In this document: piece by piece, positions 27,970-41,964 of the stretch
How the letters are laid out: each line of letters starts with the position of its first letter
Numbering within the stretch: position 1 is the stretch's first letter
DNA from: Octopus vulgaris
Taxonomy: Eukaryota
Reading direction: 5' to 3'
DNA: 64,000 nt
NCBI GenBank assembly: GCA_951406725.2
Contig: OX597822.1
Location: 88,288,001 to 88,352,000 of the forward strand
Translations under genes and position numbers: made by a program
Notes under the pieces: model-generated
What the model was told of the DNA's origin: nothing
The model's input: the letters and a program-made list of their open reading frames with translations, nothing else
Database searches by the model: none

Positions 27970-28274
27970 TCGACCTCAGTACTTATTTTTTGAAAAACTG
28001 ATACTTATTCTATCAGTCTCTCTTACTGAACCGTTAAGTTACAGGAATGTAATCACACCGCATTGGTTATCAAGCGGTGGTAGAGGACAAACAGCAATAG
28101 AAAGACGCACGCGTGCGTAACCTATATAGTACCTATATAAACAGAGATAATTTAGCCGTTTCTCCGTAGACTGAAAAGAATGATAAACAGCATTAATCGA
28201 TTTTCGAATCCTATTGGATTTTCATCAGAGATGTCTACATCAATTTGACCAATCCCAGAAAAACATACAACCAA

Positions 28275-28329
<55 letters not shown>

Positions 28330-28492
28330 GATGGGCTTCTTTCAGTTTCCACCTACCAAATCCACACGAAAGGCTTTGGTCAGCCCGAGGCTATAGTAGA
28401 AGACACTTGCCCGAGGTGCCAAGCAGTGGGACTGAACCTGAAACCATGTAGTTGGGAAGCAAACTTTTTACCATACAACCACGCTTGCCCCT
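27970..28492 (-). mobile_element. Degenerate family A SINE with internal insertion and (TA)n
   Basis: Head and core at 28328-28492, 3' part at 27970-28100. Confidence 0.7.
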
Positions 28493-28624
28493 ACTATAAT
28501 AAATTAAAATTACACACACTTTGTTTAGATAATTATTGGGTGGAAGCCCAGAAACACTCTTATTCTAGGTGTAAATCTTTCTATTAAGGAAAGAACTAAA
28601 CTGTATTTAACAGATTCAGGCTAA

Positions 28625-29635
28625 TCTATATATAAAACTGAGAATGTGTGTCTGTCTGTCTGTGTGTTTCCCTAAAACTTGAGAACTACACAACCAATTT
28701 CATTCAAATTTTACACATGCCTTACTTAGGGTCCATGTAATTTAATGGGCAAAAAGAACTTCAACTTCTTGCCTAGGGCGAGCCCATAGCAATATCATAT
28801 CTTCTCCACTATTTCAGTATTACATGTTAAAAGTGAAACAAAAACATTTCTCTATCTTATGTCAGATACTTTCACTTTAACAATAAAAATTAGAGATAAT
28901 AATAACAATTGAATTATATGTAGTAAGTAATAATTAAAATCAAACTAAAGTATAATATAATCGTAACATAACAAAATTAAAAATAGCAATTGATATAAAA
29001 TTGCATCAATGACTTGAACTTGAGTAAGTGGTTTCACATGAATTGGAATAAATTAAAAATAAAATTAGCATGCAGAAATGGAATAGTCCAGATGGATAAT
29101 AAAAAAATTAAATTAAAGTAAAGACTATTGTCTATAAAGTATACAATGTAGAGAAAAAGATTTGAACACCTGGAGGAAAGCACCATCGAAAAGTGTCTTG
29201 GTGCGACTATGAAAGATATCTAACCAGAGGCGGTAAATTCGCCACAATAGAAGCAATGTTCGAGTCAACGGAGTACTCGACTCGAACTTGCAAAGTGGAA
29301 ATATTTTATTATTACCTTTATATCTGGGACGTAGGACGTCCCGGATAAAAATTAAAAATGTCCCCCTCCCCAGCAGTAGAGGTAGGCTGGATTGTAGCCA
29401 CATTTCTATACAAGAGGGAGGACAAGATACAATTAATCGAAATTGCAAGAGACGGGCTTACAATTCCAGTCTGCTATATATTTTGAGTATTGTTATCACT
29501 AGCGATATCAAGATATAACTTTGTATTTTGTATTTTATGTGTAGATGTATATATATATAGATGTACATGTAATATGTACACATATATATACATGCACTAG
29601 CACTATGACCCGGCAACGACGGGTCATAATGCTAG
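28625..29635 (+). mobile_element. Non-autonomous Helitron with both termini
   Basis: A|TC 5' end (tctatatataaaactgagaatg), 3' hairpin gacccg-gcaacga-cgggtc then CTAG|T; inserted between A and T, no TSD. Confidence 0.85.
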
Positions 29636-30447
29636 TATACTTCTAAAGCTGGGTATTTGATATGTAACAAATAGCTTCCAAAATTCTAAGCTAAGATTTG
29701 AAACCGCATCTAAATTTTTCTACTAGTTCTCTTCCTATTGATCTCAACTTTTTCCGCAGGACGTTCATGAATGTTAACTGTTAACCCGTAACTTTTCGAG
29801 CGAAACTTAGGTCAAAGCAGATAAGAGACAAAAATTTCTTTGTTTAGCCTGACCTAATTTAGTTAGAAATAATATAAATACAGAACCCCAAATCGATTCT
29901 ACATCTTCCACTTGGCCCCTCGCTAGAAGAGCATATTTGTATATTTCTCACTTCAGAGCAACTATATAACTTTTACCTTCTCTACTTGTCAACACGGAGA
30001 GGTTGACTCGCTTACTCTTTTTTTCCTCTCCTTTTTTCCATCCATCTTCTAGCAGTCATTCACAGATTAAGTTAACTACCTTCAGAATGGATGACAGAAC
30101 TGCAAGTAATGTGTATAACAACAACTCAACGAAGTTAGATATTCCTTTGTCACAATAAAATAAAGGGACATTATAATTGTTATTTTTCTTCCTCTCATTT
30201 ATTTGCTATATTGGTTTCAAATTTTTGGCACAAGGCCAACAATTTCGGGAGAGGGGGCAAGTCGATTACACCGAACCTAATGGTCAACTGGTACTTATTT
30301 TATCGACCCCGAAAGTTTTATTTGCTACATATTAATCGTTGTAATTTTGGTGATGCCAACACGTGCATATAACCATCACAATTTGGTAATCTTCTGAGGA
30401 ACTACATACCTTCTCTACGAAATGCTGCAATAATCATTACACATATC

Positions 30448-30875
30448 GGATCTTTTCGGTTTGAACGGCAGTTTTTAACATAATTTCTAGGTAACTAAAA
30501 AAATTTTAAACTTTGTATACTGGTAGAATGTGTTTATAAAACATCTTTTTCTCTTGGCTTTATTGAAAAATTCTATAGTTTGTAAGATATTTGTTGTTGT
30601 TTTTTTCTTTTTCTGCAATTTCAACCAATCACTGACGTGTAAAAAAGGTGAAAAACATTCTGTGTCGTATGGATATGTCCCTCGTTTAAGAAACAGATTG
30701 GGTTTATTTACATTTGTGAAGAAAAAAAAATACCCTTCCCCCACCCCTAACCCTAACCCTAACCCTAACCCTAAAACAGATTGAAATGCAATAGATCGAT
30801 ACTAGGGTCATAATTATGGGTGACAGTTTCATATGACACCGCTAGAAAAAACTGCCGTTCAAACCGAAAAGATCC
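30448..30875. mobile_element. MITE with ~29-bp TIRs, 8-bp TSD and internal (CCCTAA)n, copy 1
   Basis: GGATCTTTTCGGTTTGAACGGCAGTTTTT ... AAAAACTGCCGTTCAAACCGAAAAGATCC; TSD cacatatc on both sides. Confidence 0.93.
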
Positions 30876-31958
30876 CACATATCTATTAATCCACTAAAAA
30901 ATCTTGAAATATATCATACCCTACCGTGTATGCAGTATAATGTTTATAAGATGAAAATTACACGAAGAAAAGTAATTTCTGGAAGCCGGATAAAAGATCC
31001 GGCTCTGTAAAGAAATAATAGGTCTCGACCAAAATTTTATATGTAATATTTTGCTTGTTATATTAATTAATTGAGCAAATGGTTGATTAATTAATGAAAA
31101 CAGTTTCTGGCGCAGAGATGGCAGATGAAAGCGGTTGGGAAGGAGATATGTGGGTTCGTGGGTTCGTGGGTTTTTTTCTTCTTTTTCTTAAATATATATT
31201 ATTTATTTATTTTATTTATTCATTCTGTGTTAGTCGTAGTGGAGTAAATTAAGGGGGTGGATATTAGATGGACTGTATGCTATGTAAATAATAGCCTTGA
31301 GAAGGTTGGTGGTGAAGGTGGAGGAGCATTAAAGAAAACAGAAAGTAACAACATTGCTTGTACCAAAATGACACAGCTTGAATCTATTAAATTCGCCTAT
31401 CAGAACATTAGCCACGTCTCGAGTTAATACATATAGTATGTGTGTGGGGGATGTGTGTGCGTGCGTTTGTGTATGTGTGTGTGTGTTTAAGGATGATAAA
31501 AGTGACAGTGACTGTGGCTTCTACCGGTTCAATTGTCATCTGAGTCAGTCAGAAACTATCTTGTCTGATAACTGCTTTCGGTTAATGCTCATATGTATGC
31601 ATGTGTATGCATGTATGCATGTGTGTGTGTACGTACATATGCATATATCTATGTACATATATATATAAAAGTATATATGTATGTATGCATGTGTGAATGT
31701 ATGTGTATGTGTGCGTATGTGTCTGTATATATGTTTGTAAATATGTGTTCGTATACATATTGCATGTGTGAATGTATCTGTAAGTGTGCATGTATGTATA
31801 TGTGTATGTATGTATATGTGTGTATGTACATGAGTATGTATATATATATATATATATATGTATGTATCTATATATCTATGCTTGTATATTTGTGTGTATT
31901 TTTATATGTATCTACATATGTGTGTATGCAGTAATGTACAAATGTATTTATGTAGATA

Positions 31959-32032
<74 letters not shown>

Positions 32033-32040
32033 TGTGCGTG

Positions 32041-32071
<31 letters not shown>

Positions 32072-32531
32072 AAATAAAGATCTGCTATGGTAATCAGAAA
32101 GTCAGCACGATTTACGCATGGTCGGACATGCGGCCTCTAACCCTGCGATTTTCCATCTAACCTGCATATGGTTTTTTTTCTACTAGTTACGTTATATTCT
32201 GTTACGTTATATTCTACTATACACATGTGGCCCTGTTTATTATACTTTGTCTCGACCTGTTACCATTTTTTAAACATACCCGTTAGCTTTTCATTCTTAT
32301 TTTTATGTTATAGTTTACCGCACATATAGACGTGCATACACATTCATATGTCTTACTTCTACTCCTTTCGTCTCTCTTACTATTATTATTACTGTTATTT
32401 TTTCCCCTTTTAAAACTTGCTTGAAAATATCCGATTTTCTCCCTATTACCACGTTCGTATTCTCCCTTATTGTATCTTATTTTAATTTACTTTATTTTAT
32501 TAAACCTTTTTTGATGCCCTTACAAAAATTC

Positions 32532-32638
32532 TTCACACTGATGAAAATTACAATGCATAAATTTAATAATAATTAATATAGTTATAATTGTTTTCTTACA
32601 TATTTGTATTGTCCTTTGAAACGTGCGTATGTATTGAA
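32532..32638 (+). ncRNA. Candidate type-I hammerhead ribozyme
   Basis: aca-CUGAUGA, stem II acaatgca/tgtattgt, GAAAC-GUGC-GUA, then ugu closing stem I. Confidence 0.55.
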
Positions 32639-32849
32639 TCCTATTTTGTATTAAATCTAATTTTGATTCAGCATCTTTTTCTCCTCCATTTTTCTATAAT
32701 TGTTTATGGTATTTTTATACCTATAACGATATTTTTCAACTATATATACATCTGTGTGTGTGTGTGTGTGTGTGTTGTATGTATGTATGTATATATGTAT
32801 ATATAATTGTATATATGTATATATGTATATATAATTGTATATGAAATAC

Positions 32850-33680
32850 AGTGTAGGAGGAAATTGAAAACGCAAATCCTAGGCAGTCAGACAGATTCTC
32901 GAACGCATAAATGAAGATATTCAATCCAAAGATATAACGAATAAAACCAAACATACATAGAAATATAGAAGAAATATAAAAGCATATAAAAATACATATA
33001 AAATCTCGCATGAATAAAGATTACATGTAAAGAGTTATGCGTGATAAATATAGGAGTCGCAAAACGAATGAGAGGTTGATTAATATAGGAATACGAGCTG
33101 TAAAACATTTTATTAGATTTTTTATTCTGCTTTATTAGTATGATGGCAGCCACCAAGGAGTACTTCCTCCTGATGATGGGGACATTGCATACATGGAGTT
33201 TTTAATTTTTAACCTTAACCGGTAATGTACCCCTGAAACGGCCGTAGATGGAACACCCTCCTATTTTTCGGATCCTATTTTATTTATTGTTCTTAACGTT
33301 GATATCTTGCGTCACTTTTAAGGAATTTTTAGACGATTTAGGCGGTTTGCCATTTTTAAGGTTGACGTTTTTATTCCTATATTTATCAATCTCTCATTCG
33401 TTTTACGCCTCCTATATTTATCACGCATAACTCTTTACATGTACTCTTTATTCATGTGTGGTTTTATATGTATTTTTTATATGGTTTTATATTTATGCTA
33501 TGTTTTTATGTATGTTTGATTTTATTCTTTATACCGTTGGAGAATCTTTACGCCAGCACATGCATGATTTATGTTGATGTGTATAAATATATATAATTCA
33601 ATTACATTGATTGAATATCTTCATTTATGAGTTCGGGAATCTGTTTGACTGCCTAAGATTTGCGTTTTCAATTTCTTCTT
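32850..33680. repeat. Inverted-repeat module (arms ~32850-33080 and ~33385-33680), Penelope pLTR-like
   Basis: Arms are diverged reverse complements; a hammerhead motif lies in the spacer; flanked by TA-rich microsatellites. Confidence 0.8.
33164..33253 (+). ncRNA. Candidate type-I hammerhead ribozyme
   Basis: uuccuc-CUGAUGA, stem II ggggacattgc/gtaatgtacccc, GAAAC-GGCC-GUA, then ga(u)ggaa pairing with the 5' strand. Confidence 0.7.
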
Positions 33681-33784
33681 ACTTTGTATTTTTTCGCATT
33701 GGCTCTCTATGAGCACTCCGTAAATAGCCCATACTTTCTATAGCATACTTAATATTATATATGTATATATATACATGTGTATAT

Positions 33785-33877
<93 letters not shown>

Positions 33878-34789
33878 TACACATGTATATTTATAGGCAT
33901 GTATATATTTATATATATGTGTATTTATATGCATGTATATGTATATGTGTGCGTGTCTGTGTTTGCACCCCCATCATCGCTTGACAACTGATGTTGCTGT
34001 GTTTACGTCCCCGTAACTTAGCCGTTTGGCAAAACACTCCGCTAGAATAAGCACTGGGGTCGATGTAATCGACTAGCTCTCTCCCCTCAAAAACTGCTAG
34101 CACCGTACTAAAATTTGAAACCATTATCAGGATGGCCAGCTGGCAGAATCATTAGAACGTGGAACAAAATGCTTAGCAGTATTTTTTCCGACTCATTACG
34201 GTCTAAGTTCATATTCCACCATGGTCATCGTTGCTTTTCATTCTTTTAGAGTCGATATAATAATTTCTAGTCAAGTAGTTCGGGTCGATGTAATCAACTA
34301 CTTTCCTAAAATTGCTGGTCTTGCACCAAAATTTGAAATTATTACTATTTATAATCATCCCAATTAAAGATATTAATTTCTGTATAAATACTCGACCAAA
34401 ACCGCAACCCTTGATTTAGCCCTCAAAAATTTATATAGAGATCATCATCCTCATATCTCCCGTAGTTTTAAGAGGTTAATCAATACTTCGTACCACGTAT
34501 CTCCCTCCTTAGCTATTCATTATCTCAATCAATTTTAACTGATAATTATAATACAACTTTAATTATGTTTTAATTAAAAATAACTCTTTAACATAATTTA
34601 CTTGTCACCGCTAACCATAATTCGAACCTCTGTCTCTACAAACCTTGATTATATAGTCTTCTAAAGCATCCTTCAAAAAAGGTAAACACGAATTTTTTTT
34701 TTTTTTTGTATTTATAAATAAGTTGTTTTCTTTAATAGGGACACTGAAACTCTCACAGTGTACGGGATTCAGTGTCCCAATGTGGGGGA

Positions 34790-35490
34790 TACTCTGTGGA
34801 ATCAGGTTAGTCACTACATCTTTCGGGAGACTCAGCGAACGAGTCTTTCGGGACAAGAACCTTAGAGCAAGTACACAAATCTCTGTTTATCGAGCTGAAT
34901 GTGTATCCACCACCCCACGTATGGGTCTGAGTGCTGGACCCTTTATCGGTTATAGATTAGACAACTGGAAGCGTTCTATATCAGATCACTCTAAATTAGC
35001 CTTAGTCTCACGTATTAGGACAAGATATCTAAAGCGTTGAGGTCTATATCCTTCGTCGTCTTCTCTGCTGGGTTGATCATGTGATTTGGATGCCGGCCTC
35101 CAAAAATGGCCCTCTTCATCGAGATCGAGACAGGAGGTAGGCTTCATGGTCGTCTAAAACTTCATTTTCCTGATCATCTCAAGATAATTTTATGCGGTGC
35201 CCCACCCAGTCAGTTGGAAGCCCTGGATGGTATGGAAGTCCGCGTGTGAGGTTGGAGTAGAGCACTTTGAAACCGAACGCAGGAAACTGCATGAAGGGAG
35301 GAGGAGACGTTGTCATCATTTCTAATCCTGCGGTTGTTGTTCGGGATCACTTTCAGTGCCCTCAGTGTCTCAGGATCAGAAACGTCTGTTCCCGTGAGAA
35401 ACAATGCGCTGGAGGCGGAGGAGGATAACTGTTCTGGATTGACACTGTCATTACCTTTGATGGGCCGTCATAAGCAAGTAAGGTAAGGAA
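34790..35490 (+). mobile_element. Decayed RTE-clade LINE 3' fragment
   Basis: TSFGRLSERVFRDKNLRASTQISVYRA...YGSECW-like post-RT motifs. Confidence 0.65.
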
Positions 35491-35932
35491 ATAGGGACAT
35501 TCCTTGATAACTATTTTCTTTTGTTAGATATTTGGTTTGATCATTTTAAACATTTATATGACCGAGTAACACGATCGGTTTTTGCCAAAACGTCATAAAA
35601 TTCAAAAATCGACATTTTTCCCAAATGTATTTTACTACTATTAACTTACATGCTAACAGTTTATTTCTCCAAAATCTTTTCTGATTCTTTTCTTCTATTT
35701 GAAAAGAAGAATCTTTGCCTAAATATTATACGATTATTAATCAACTCATATCAGGCAATTCAGTACCTTTTTTTGTTATCATTTATTGATCTCACTCGAC
35801 ATGTTCTGCCAAGTTCTTCTACGGCATTGCTCAAAGGATTTTCTCAAACATATCAGTTACACACACACATACACACACGCACACATACATACACACATGC
35901 ATACATACATAATACATACATATACACGTACA

Positions 35933-37781
35933 AACACATATTCAAAACTATAAAGCCACATGTTTTTTAAGTTATTTAGAAATTTAGCGCTGTATTTAAG
36001 TGGACCAAGGGTCATAATATTATTGTAAATGGGTATTTCGTGAATAGCTTGAAATGTAAACCTTGTACCTTTATTATCACATTTACAACACCTGATTCTC
36101 CAATTTTCCCTAGTACTTCAATACTATAAAGCCACTAATACATTTTCATTTATTTCCAGATCGTTTCGGAAAATATTCGACTCAGTTGTATTCTCTGTGA
36201 TCCAGATTGCATTTCAATTATGCCTAAAGCTACAAAGCTTTCCGAAATTGAACAAAGGAAGATTCTTGTATTGAAAGTGGAAGAAATGAGTAACCGAAAG
36301 ACTGCCGAGAAGATTTTCTGAAATATCCTACAACAGGATTCATGCTGGTGGATGTCCCAAGGTTACATCAGAAAGGGATGAAAGAACCATTGTCAGAGCT
36401 GTGAAGAACTCACGCTGCTCTTCTATTTCCAAAATCAAGGCATCAACAGGATTAGGAGCCTCGACATCCACCGTAAGAAGAGTGATTTTGAACTATACTT
36501 CCACCTGAAGAAGCAGCTAGTATGTCCGTTATTGTCCCCTTTCCACAAAGCTGTTAAATTGGAGTTTGCTCGGCAGCATGTGACGTGGGATGGTTAATGG
36601 ACCAGAGTTCTGTTCCCTGATGAGAAAAATGGAATTTAAACGGCCCCTACGGAATTACTGGTAAGATAAATGTAGGAGGTTCTTATGGTGTGGAGAGCAA
36701 TATCTACCAATCAGAAGCTCCCACTTGTCATTATGGATGACCGTTTCAATGCTGCAGGATACATCGATATGTTAGATGGGACTCACATTGACGAAGAAGC
36801 AAGAAGACTCCATGGCTAGAACTTCATATTTCAACAGGATAGTGCTCCTATTCATAAAGCAAAGGAAACTTTGGATTTCCTGCATGCAACTGGGGTTGAA
36901 GTCATGCCATGGCCCGCAAGAAGTCCCGACCTTAATCCTATAGAGAATGTATGGGAATATCTCACGAATGTTGTGAACAACGAAGGCAAGCAGTAGTCAT
37001 CTGTTGATGAACTTGAAACGGCAGTAAAAAAGGTCTGGAAAAGCTCCCACTTGATCTGCAACAGGAGTGGAGGCGCAATGGCCCAGTGGTTAAGGGCAGC
37101 GGACTAGCGGTCGGAGGATCGCAGTTTCGATTCCCAGACCGTGCGTTGTGTGTGTTTATTGAGCGAAAACACCTAAAGCCCCACGAGGCTCCGGCAGGGG
37201 GTGGTGGCGACCCCTGATGTACTCTTTCGCTCCAACTTTCTCTCACTCTTTCTTCCTGTTTCTTGTCCCCGACTTCCTACGCTGAGCCTGGATGCGCATT
37301 CATTGATGCTCTCGGTGTCGGGGGTTGACCTGCTTTCTCTTCTGTGGGTCTTACGAATAGCAAAGGACCACGTTTCGGACTCCTCCCATCTTGCGAGCTC
37401 TGGGACGAAGACCGTTCGCTCAACAGCAACACCAGCTGCAGCAGGAAGTTGATCGGGAGCATAAAATTGCGTGTCATTGAAGTAATTCAGAAAAGTGGTG
37501 GTCAAATACTCTATTGTTGAAGTACTGCATGAAAATATCATTGAAATATATCATAATTTCCAACATTATTCTACCTGGCATTATAGTTTTGAATAGGTTT
37601 CTGGCTCTGTATGTTGTTTTGAATTATTATCTAATTTATTTTGGGATTTCAATAAATTGGAATATTGCAATGCCTTCTTCTATTTCATCTCCTATCTAGA
37701 AGTGAGTTTCATGAATTTGGGTGGTATAGTTCGCCAGAAAATACAGGCAGTGCTCTGGTTTTATAGTTTTGAAGAGTAGTT
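35933..37781 (+). mobile_element. Tc1-family (DD34E) transposon with IR/DR-type ends, transposase disrupted
   Basis: ATG near 36220 (MPKATKLSEIEQ); FQQDSAPIH...WPARSPDLNPIENVW with 34-aa D-E spacing; repeated caa(a/t)actataaagcca motifs at both ends. Confidence 0.85.
37067..37435 (+). mobile_element. tRNA-derived SINE (family C) inserted in the Tc1 transposase
   Basis: A box tggcccagtgg, B box gtttcgattccc; 11-bp TSD ctgcaacagga / ctgcagcagga; short caa/cag tail. Confidence 0.85.
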
Positions 37782-37787
37782 TATATA

Positions 37788-39033
37788 TCGGGTCATCCCA
37801 TAAATAATATCCGAAATATCAAATACGTAATTTCTATCACTTTTTACAGTATTCTAAAATGTCAAATGATATTGATTGATACTCATATGAATTTGGAAAC
37901 TTTTAATTTAATATAATTTTTTCTACAAGATAATCTCACTGAATTAATTACTAATATTAACCCCTCGTTGATAGGTGAATCGAAAGAGCATTTAAGGCAC
38001 GTAATTCTTTATGAATTCAAAAAGGGAAACAGTGCAGCAGAAGCAACCCAAAATATTTATTGTTTATGGAGAAGAGTGCTTGAACGAAAGAAGTTGCCGA
38101 AGATGGTTTGCAAAGTTCAAAAATGGTGATTTCAGCCTAAGAGAGAGGTCACGAATAGGTCGCCCTGTTGAATTTGATGATGAACTTCTTTTGTCAAAGC
38201 TTGAGAAGGATAATGTTGTATCAGTTGAAAAATTGGCAAGCAAGCTCAATTCAAGCCATTCAGCTGTTCACCACCATCATCTCCATGATTTGACTGAAGC
38301 CAACCGAATATCACGAGTGGGCATCTGCTTATCTCTTCACTCCCGTGAACGTATCTCACCATTTTGGATAGATTAATGACTGGTAATGAAAAGTGGATTT
38401 TTTTAATGAAAATGACGCAGGCAATGGTTTAGTTGCGGAGATCATGCTAAACCACAGCCCAAAAAAGACCTCCATGCAAAAAAAGGTTCTCCTTTCTGTT
38501 TGGTAAGATTGCATTGGAGTCACCCACTTTGAATTGCTACCAACTAATGCAACAATTACTGCTCACACCTCTTATCAACAATTAGAGTGTTTGGATGCTG
38601 CTATGAAGGAAAAAAAGGCCTGTTTTCGTGAATTGTAAGGGAGTGGCATTTCATCACGATAATGCAAGGCCCCTACACTGCAAAGATTACATTAAAAAAA
38701 TCGGACTTGGCTAGGGGAAAAAAATCCCTCGCCCACCTTTTTCCCCACCAGACCTCACTACTTTTGATTACCATTTGTTTCGGAGCTTGCAGAATCATTG
38801 AGATGCATTAGTTCTTCAAAGCCCCAAAGAAGTCAAAAGTGACCTCTCTTCCTTCTCATCATAATCAAAAGTGTTTTTTACCAATGGAATTTTTAAAAAA
38901 ACTGATGTGCCGATGGAAGGGAGTCATCGGTAATGCTGGAAATTATATACAGGAATGAATTTTAATAAAATGAAAAATTTGATCACTCTTTTACCTTACC
39001 CAAAATTCAGACATTACTTATGAGATGACCATG
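37788..39033 (+). mobile_element. Mariner transposon, near full length, decayed
   Basis: TIRs tcgggtcatcccataaataat / attacttatgagatgacc; VYGEECLNERSCRRWFAKFKNGDFSL and HHDNARP motifs. Confidence 0.88.
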
Positions 39034-39055
39034 CACATGATTCATTTATTAATTT

Positions 39056-39121
<66 letters not shown>

Positions 39122-39128
39122 ATATATA

Positions 39129-39497
39129 TGTTGTTTGCATTTGTATTTGTGTACAATTTCTCCGGGTTTTTTTCCGTCTTTGTTTTCGTATACATTCGCT
39201 TCTTTCTTCTAAGGAATCTAGTGCTCTTAGTTTAGATTTTCCTTTGGGCTGGCCAGATTGGAGCAGTCTCGAGTATAACCAGCCGAATCTGCAAATCCAA
39301 TCTGGAACTTGACTGACGAAAGAAAACTCCGAATGACCCGTCCTTATTTTCTCTTGTCCCTATTTTGTATCATCGAACTGTCTGGATGTTTTACGTTCTT
39401 GTCCCAGTTTTTGTATTCTTTTTTGTATTTTTTTTTATATACATATAGCGGAGGACGTACACTTTGGTCTCTTATATGTAAGTACATACATACATGC

Positions 39498-39574
<77 letters not shown>

Positions 39575-39608
39575 GCATTTTGTACGACTCTCTTATTATT
39601 TCATTCAT

Positions 39609-39639
<31 letters not shown>

Positions 39640-40299
39640 ATCAGCCCTTTCACACTTACTTCGTTCTTTCCACTTTTCTTTCTTTCGTTCCCCCCTCTCT
39701 TACATTTCCTGGCCTTCCCTTCATTCTCACCTTCCCCCTTCTTTCACTTCAATCTGTTCCTTTTCTTTTCTTTCTCGTCCCTCCCTAATTCTTCTATCCT
39801 TCTGTCTCTACCTCTCTCCTCTCCTTCCACGTGACCGGTGTTCGGCCAAGCCTGACCTTTCTTTCTTGGTTCGACTACCATCCGTGCAACATCTATATTC
39901 CTTCCCATGCCTGTCATCGCTTATGTCTCTGCCGTAAGGCTTCACTTCCACACACACCAGCTTAATTTAATTCGTCCTTAGTCGAAAGACACCTGTTGTT
40001 TGCATTTGTATTAGTGTACCATTTCTCCAGTTTTTTTTCCGTCTTTGTTTTCGTATACATTCGCTTCTTTCTTCTAAGGAATCTAGTGCTTCTAGCCTAG
40101 ATTTTCCTTGGGGCTGGCCAGATTGGAGCAGCCCCGAGTATAACCAGCCGAAACTGCAAATCCAATCTGGAACTCGACTGATGAAAGAAAACTCCGAATG
40201 ACCCGTTCTTGTTTTTTCTTGTCCTTTTTTGTATCATCTAACTGTCTGGATGTTTTACATTCTTGTCCCATTTTTTGGTAATATTTTTTGTATTCTTTC

Positions 40300-40300
<1 letters not shown>
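39129..40300. repeat. Element bounded by ~310-bp direct repeats (39129-39437, 39993-40300)
   Basis: Two diverged copies of tgttgtttgcatttgtatt...ctgtctggatgttttac...; flanked by (TA)n and (TG)n. Confidence 0.8.
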
Positions 40301-40379
<79 letters not shown>

Positions 40380-41179
40380 CAACGCATGAACCTCGGTCCT
40401 TGAGTCACTAACTTTCGCCGATTATAAATGAAAACAACGTATACTTATATTTTGAGTTCTATTTTCTTGTTTGCACCACCCAACCTACACGTGTGTGTGT
40501 GTGTGTGTGTGTATGTGTGTGTGTGTGTGTGTGTGCCTTGCGCAACTATATATATTACTAATATATAGAAATAACACACACACACATGAATGAGAGAGTA
40601 TGAGTGGGTGACATAAGAAGATGGGAAGACGAGTAATTTGAATAATTTCATCATGGACATGTAACTAGTATTTATAAAAAAAAAAAAAAAAAAGAAGACA
40701 GGAATGACAATATATTCAGTTTTAAGTGAATGTTTATTTTCAACCGTATATTAGAGCATAAACACGTACGTAAGAAGGCGAGTCTCAGAAAGAATGTCTT
40801 CGACTGGGGTAGAATGTAGTTAATGGGTTTCACACACATAAAAGTCTGCTTACCTGGTGACAAGTAGGCAGGTATTTTAGCTGTCCTAACATTAGAAAAT
40901 AGATACAGGTGACATACAAACACATCAGTTTACTATAAGTAAACTTACACGTATGTATACATACATATATGTGGACATACATATATAAATATATATAAAT
41001 AGATATTTTTGAGCATTTGTATGTCATTTATCAGCCAGCATATTTCTCTCTCGCTCTCTCTCTCTCTCTTTCGCTCTCTCTCTTTCTCTCCTTCTTCACC
41101 AGCACCAAGAGCGATACGGGTTCGATTGCAAACTGAATTCACTATCTTTCGCTTCATGTTGCTTTCTTTTAATTCTTAC

Positions 41180-41335
41180 GTATTTTAGTCATTTAACTAT
41201 GTCCATGCTGGGACGCCGCCTTCAAGGGTTTTAGTCGACCAAATATATCCCAGGGGCTTACTTTTTAAGACTAGTATTTATTTGATCGGTATCTTTTGGT
41301 TTCAAACAGTGGTGGGGGACAAACACAATCACACA

Positions 41336-41406
<71 letters not shown>

Positions 41407-41560
41407 ATGCATACGATGAGCTTCTTTCAGTTTCCGTCTACCAAATCCCCTCACAAGGCTTTGGTCGGCCCGAGGCTATAGTAACAGCCACTTGCCCAAG
41501 GTGCCACGTAGTGGAACTGAACCCGGAACTATGTGACTGGGAAGCAACTCACGCTTCTAT
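41180..41560 (-). mobile_element. Degenerate family A SINE
   Basis: cttctttcagtttccgtctaccaaatcc...ttgcccaaggtgccacg core with internal (CA)n. Confidence 0.75.
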
Positions 41561-41964
41561 TACATATTCTTTTTTCCTTTCGCTTGTTTCAGTCATTGGA
41601 CTACGCCCATGCTGGGGCACAGCCTTGAAGTGTTTAGTTGCTTAGATTGACCCCAGTACCTACTTTCAACATGATGCATACTCTATCGTTCTCTTTCTGC
41701 TGAACCGCTGCGTTTGTGGACAAATGTCAAGCAGTGAAAGATAAACACACACGCTCGCGCAAGCACATACGCACACACAAACACACAGACGCACAGCATT
41801 CATACATGTATACATGCATACATGCATACATACATACATACAGACAGACAGACAGATAGATATATGTAATGGAATATATACAGCAAATAAATGACAAGAG
41901 AAAAATATTAGTTGAAATGGTCTTTATTTCATTGTCAGAATATTAGAAGTCGCATGGCTCGTGT

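Noticed and set aside
37067-37140. tRNA gene-like A/B boxes (also at SINE heads 13640, 15157, 41965)
   Set aside because: No full cloverleaf; they continue into SINE bodies with tails or TSDs.
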